Source: Eledone cirrhosa (lineage: Eukaryota). Taken from it: a stretch of 64,000 bases of DNA. Location of the stretch: assembly GCA_964016885.1 (NCBI GenBank), contig OZ024744.1:109926001-109990000 (forward strand), given 5' to 3'. The notes beneath the pieces were generated by a model. It was not told the origin of the DNA and did no database searches. It saw only the letters and a program-made list of their open reading frames with translations. The position numbers and the translations under genes are program-made. Below, one piece after another: positions 62,501 to 64,000 of this stretch (the stretch's first letter is position 1; the number at the start of each line of letters is the position of its first letter).

Positions 62501-64000
62501 GCGTTGAACAAACGAGCAACGATGGTTGCTAGACACTACGGCTTAATACGGGATGTTTGTTTACAAACACACCGATCATTATAATAAATGTTCGGTGAAT
62601 CCATACGTACATATATATATATATGTGTGCATGTATGTATATATATATATACATACTACTGTACGTCTGTATACATATATGTATGTACGTGTACATACTT
62701 ATATTTAAGTAACAGCCGTACTAAGAGTGGGAAATGAAATTTCGTTTCATTTTTTCCGTTTATCGTTTTCGGTGCACCCGGCCGATTAACCGACTCGATA
62801 TGCAAATTGAGCTACTCAGTCGTTAATATGCATAAGATAAGTATATACGTTCAACAATCTGGCAGGAAGGTATACGTTGCTGACGATAGCTAATAAGCTT
62901 GAAACTGTACAGCGTCCCTTTGTCAGTGTTGAACAAACGAGCAACGATGGTAGCTAGACACTACGGCTTAATACGGGATGTTTGTTTACAAACACACCGA
63001 GCATTATAATAAATGTTCGGTGAATCCATACGTACATATATATATATATGTGTGCATGTATGTATATATATATACATACTACTGTACGTCTGTATACATA
63101 TATGTATGTACGTGTACATACTTAAATTTCAGTAACAGCCGTACTAAGAGTTGGAAATGAAATTTCGTTTTATTTTTTCCGTTTATCGTTTTCGGTGCAC
63201 CCGGCCGATTAACCCACTCGATGTCCAAATTACGCTACTCAGCCGTTAATATGCATAAGATAAGTATATACGTTCAACAATCTGGCAGGAAGGTATACGT
63301 TGCTGACGATAGCTAATAAGCTTGAAACTAGTACAGCGTTCCATTGTTAGTGTTGAACAAACGAGCAACGATGGTTGCTAGACACTAGGGCTTAATACGG
63401 GATGTTTGTTTACAAACACACCGAGCATTATAATAAATGTTCGGTGAATCCATACGTACATATATATATATGTGTGTGCATGTATGTATATATATATACA
63501 TACTACTGTATGTCTGTATACATATATGTATGTAGGTGTACATACTTAAATTTCAGTAACAGCCGTACTAAGAGTGGGAAATGAAATTTCGTTTCATTTT
63601 TTCCGTTTATCGTTTTCGGTGCACCCGGCCGATTAACCCACTCGATGTCCAAATTACGCTACTCAGCCGTTAATATGCATAAGATAAGTATATACGTTCT
63701 ACAATCTGGCAGGAAGATATACGTTGCTGACGACAGCTAATAATCTTGAAACTAGTACACTGTTCCTTTGTCAGCGTTGAACAAACGAGCAACGATGGTT
63801 GCTAGACACTACGGCTTAATACGGGATGTTTGTTTACAAACACACCGATCATTATAATAAATGTTCGGTGAATCCATACGTACATATATATATATATGTG
63901 TGCATGTATGTATATATATATATACATACTACTGTACGTCTGTATACATATGTTTATGTACGTGTACATACTTATATTTAAGTAACAGCCGTACTAAGAG

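Larger units (their letters stand above)
30901..64000 (+). repeat. ~420-bp tandem array (about 70 units) of hammerhead-bearing monomers: non-LTR retrozyme-like satellite; continues past the window end
   Basis: Period 420-426 bp (e.g. 33190/33614, 39848/40268); HHR motif in most units; insertion at 52988-56669. Confidence 0.95.

Noticed and set aside
30901-64000. Repeated 60-99 aa ORFs ([12 protein letters not shown]...) as a tandem peptide gene family
   Set aside because: They are antisense reads of the repeat, start in TA/TG tracts, and are often broken by stops; no recognisable domain.
30901-64000. CRISPR array, or 5S/tRNA/snRNA/SL-RNA tandem cluster
   Set aside because: No unique spacers or cas genes; no cloverleaf, clear B-box or recognisable snRNA/5S sequence in the monomer.

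Overview
Eukaryotic, gene-free, repeat-dense DNA. Microsatellite load and SINE type suggest a mollusc such as an octopus (inference only). 1-30 kb is a patchwork of non-LTR retroelements: a 5'-truncated R4/Dong element with an open RT frame, a full-length but disrupted Tx1/L1-type element in the same (TAA)n tract, RTE remnants, tRNA-derived SINEs, and many Penelope-like element (PLE) fragments with fold-back ends next to (TA)n and hammerhead-ribozyme (HHR) motifs. 30.6-64 kb is a ~420-bp tandem array of roughly 70 units. Most units carry a Type I hammerhead (CUGACGA...GAAA-CUAG-UA) with a long extended helix I and a palindromic helix III, so the 'satellite' looks like a non-LTR retrozyme array that could yield ~420-nt circular RNAs. 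The array begins with a PLE-style inverted end beside (TA)n and is interrupted by a PLE-like fold-back insertion whose HHR shares the unusual U-U base of helix II. All ribozyme calls come from reading and pairing by eye; none was computed or assayed.
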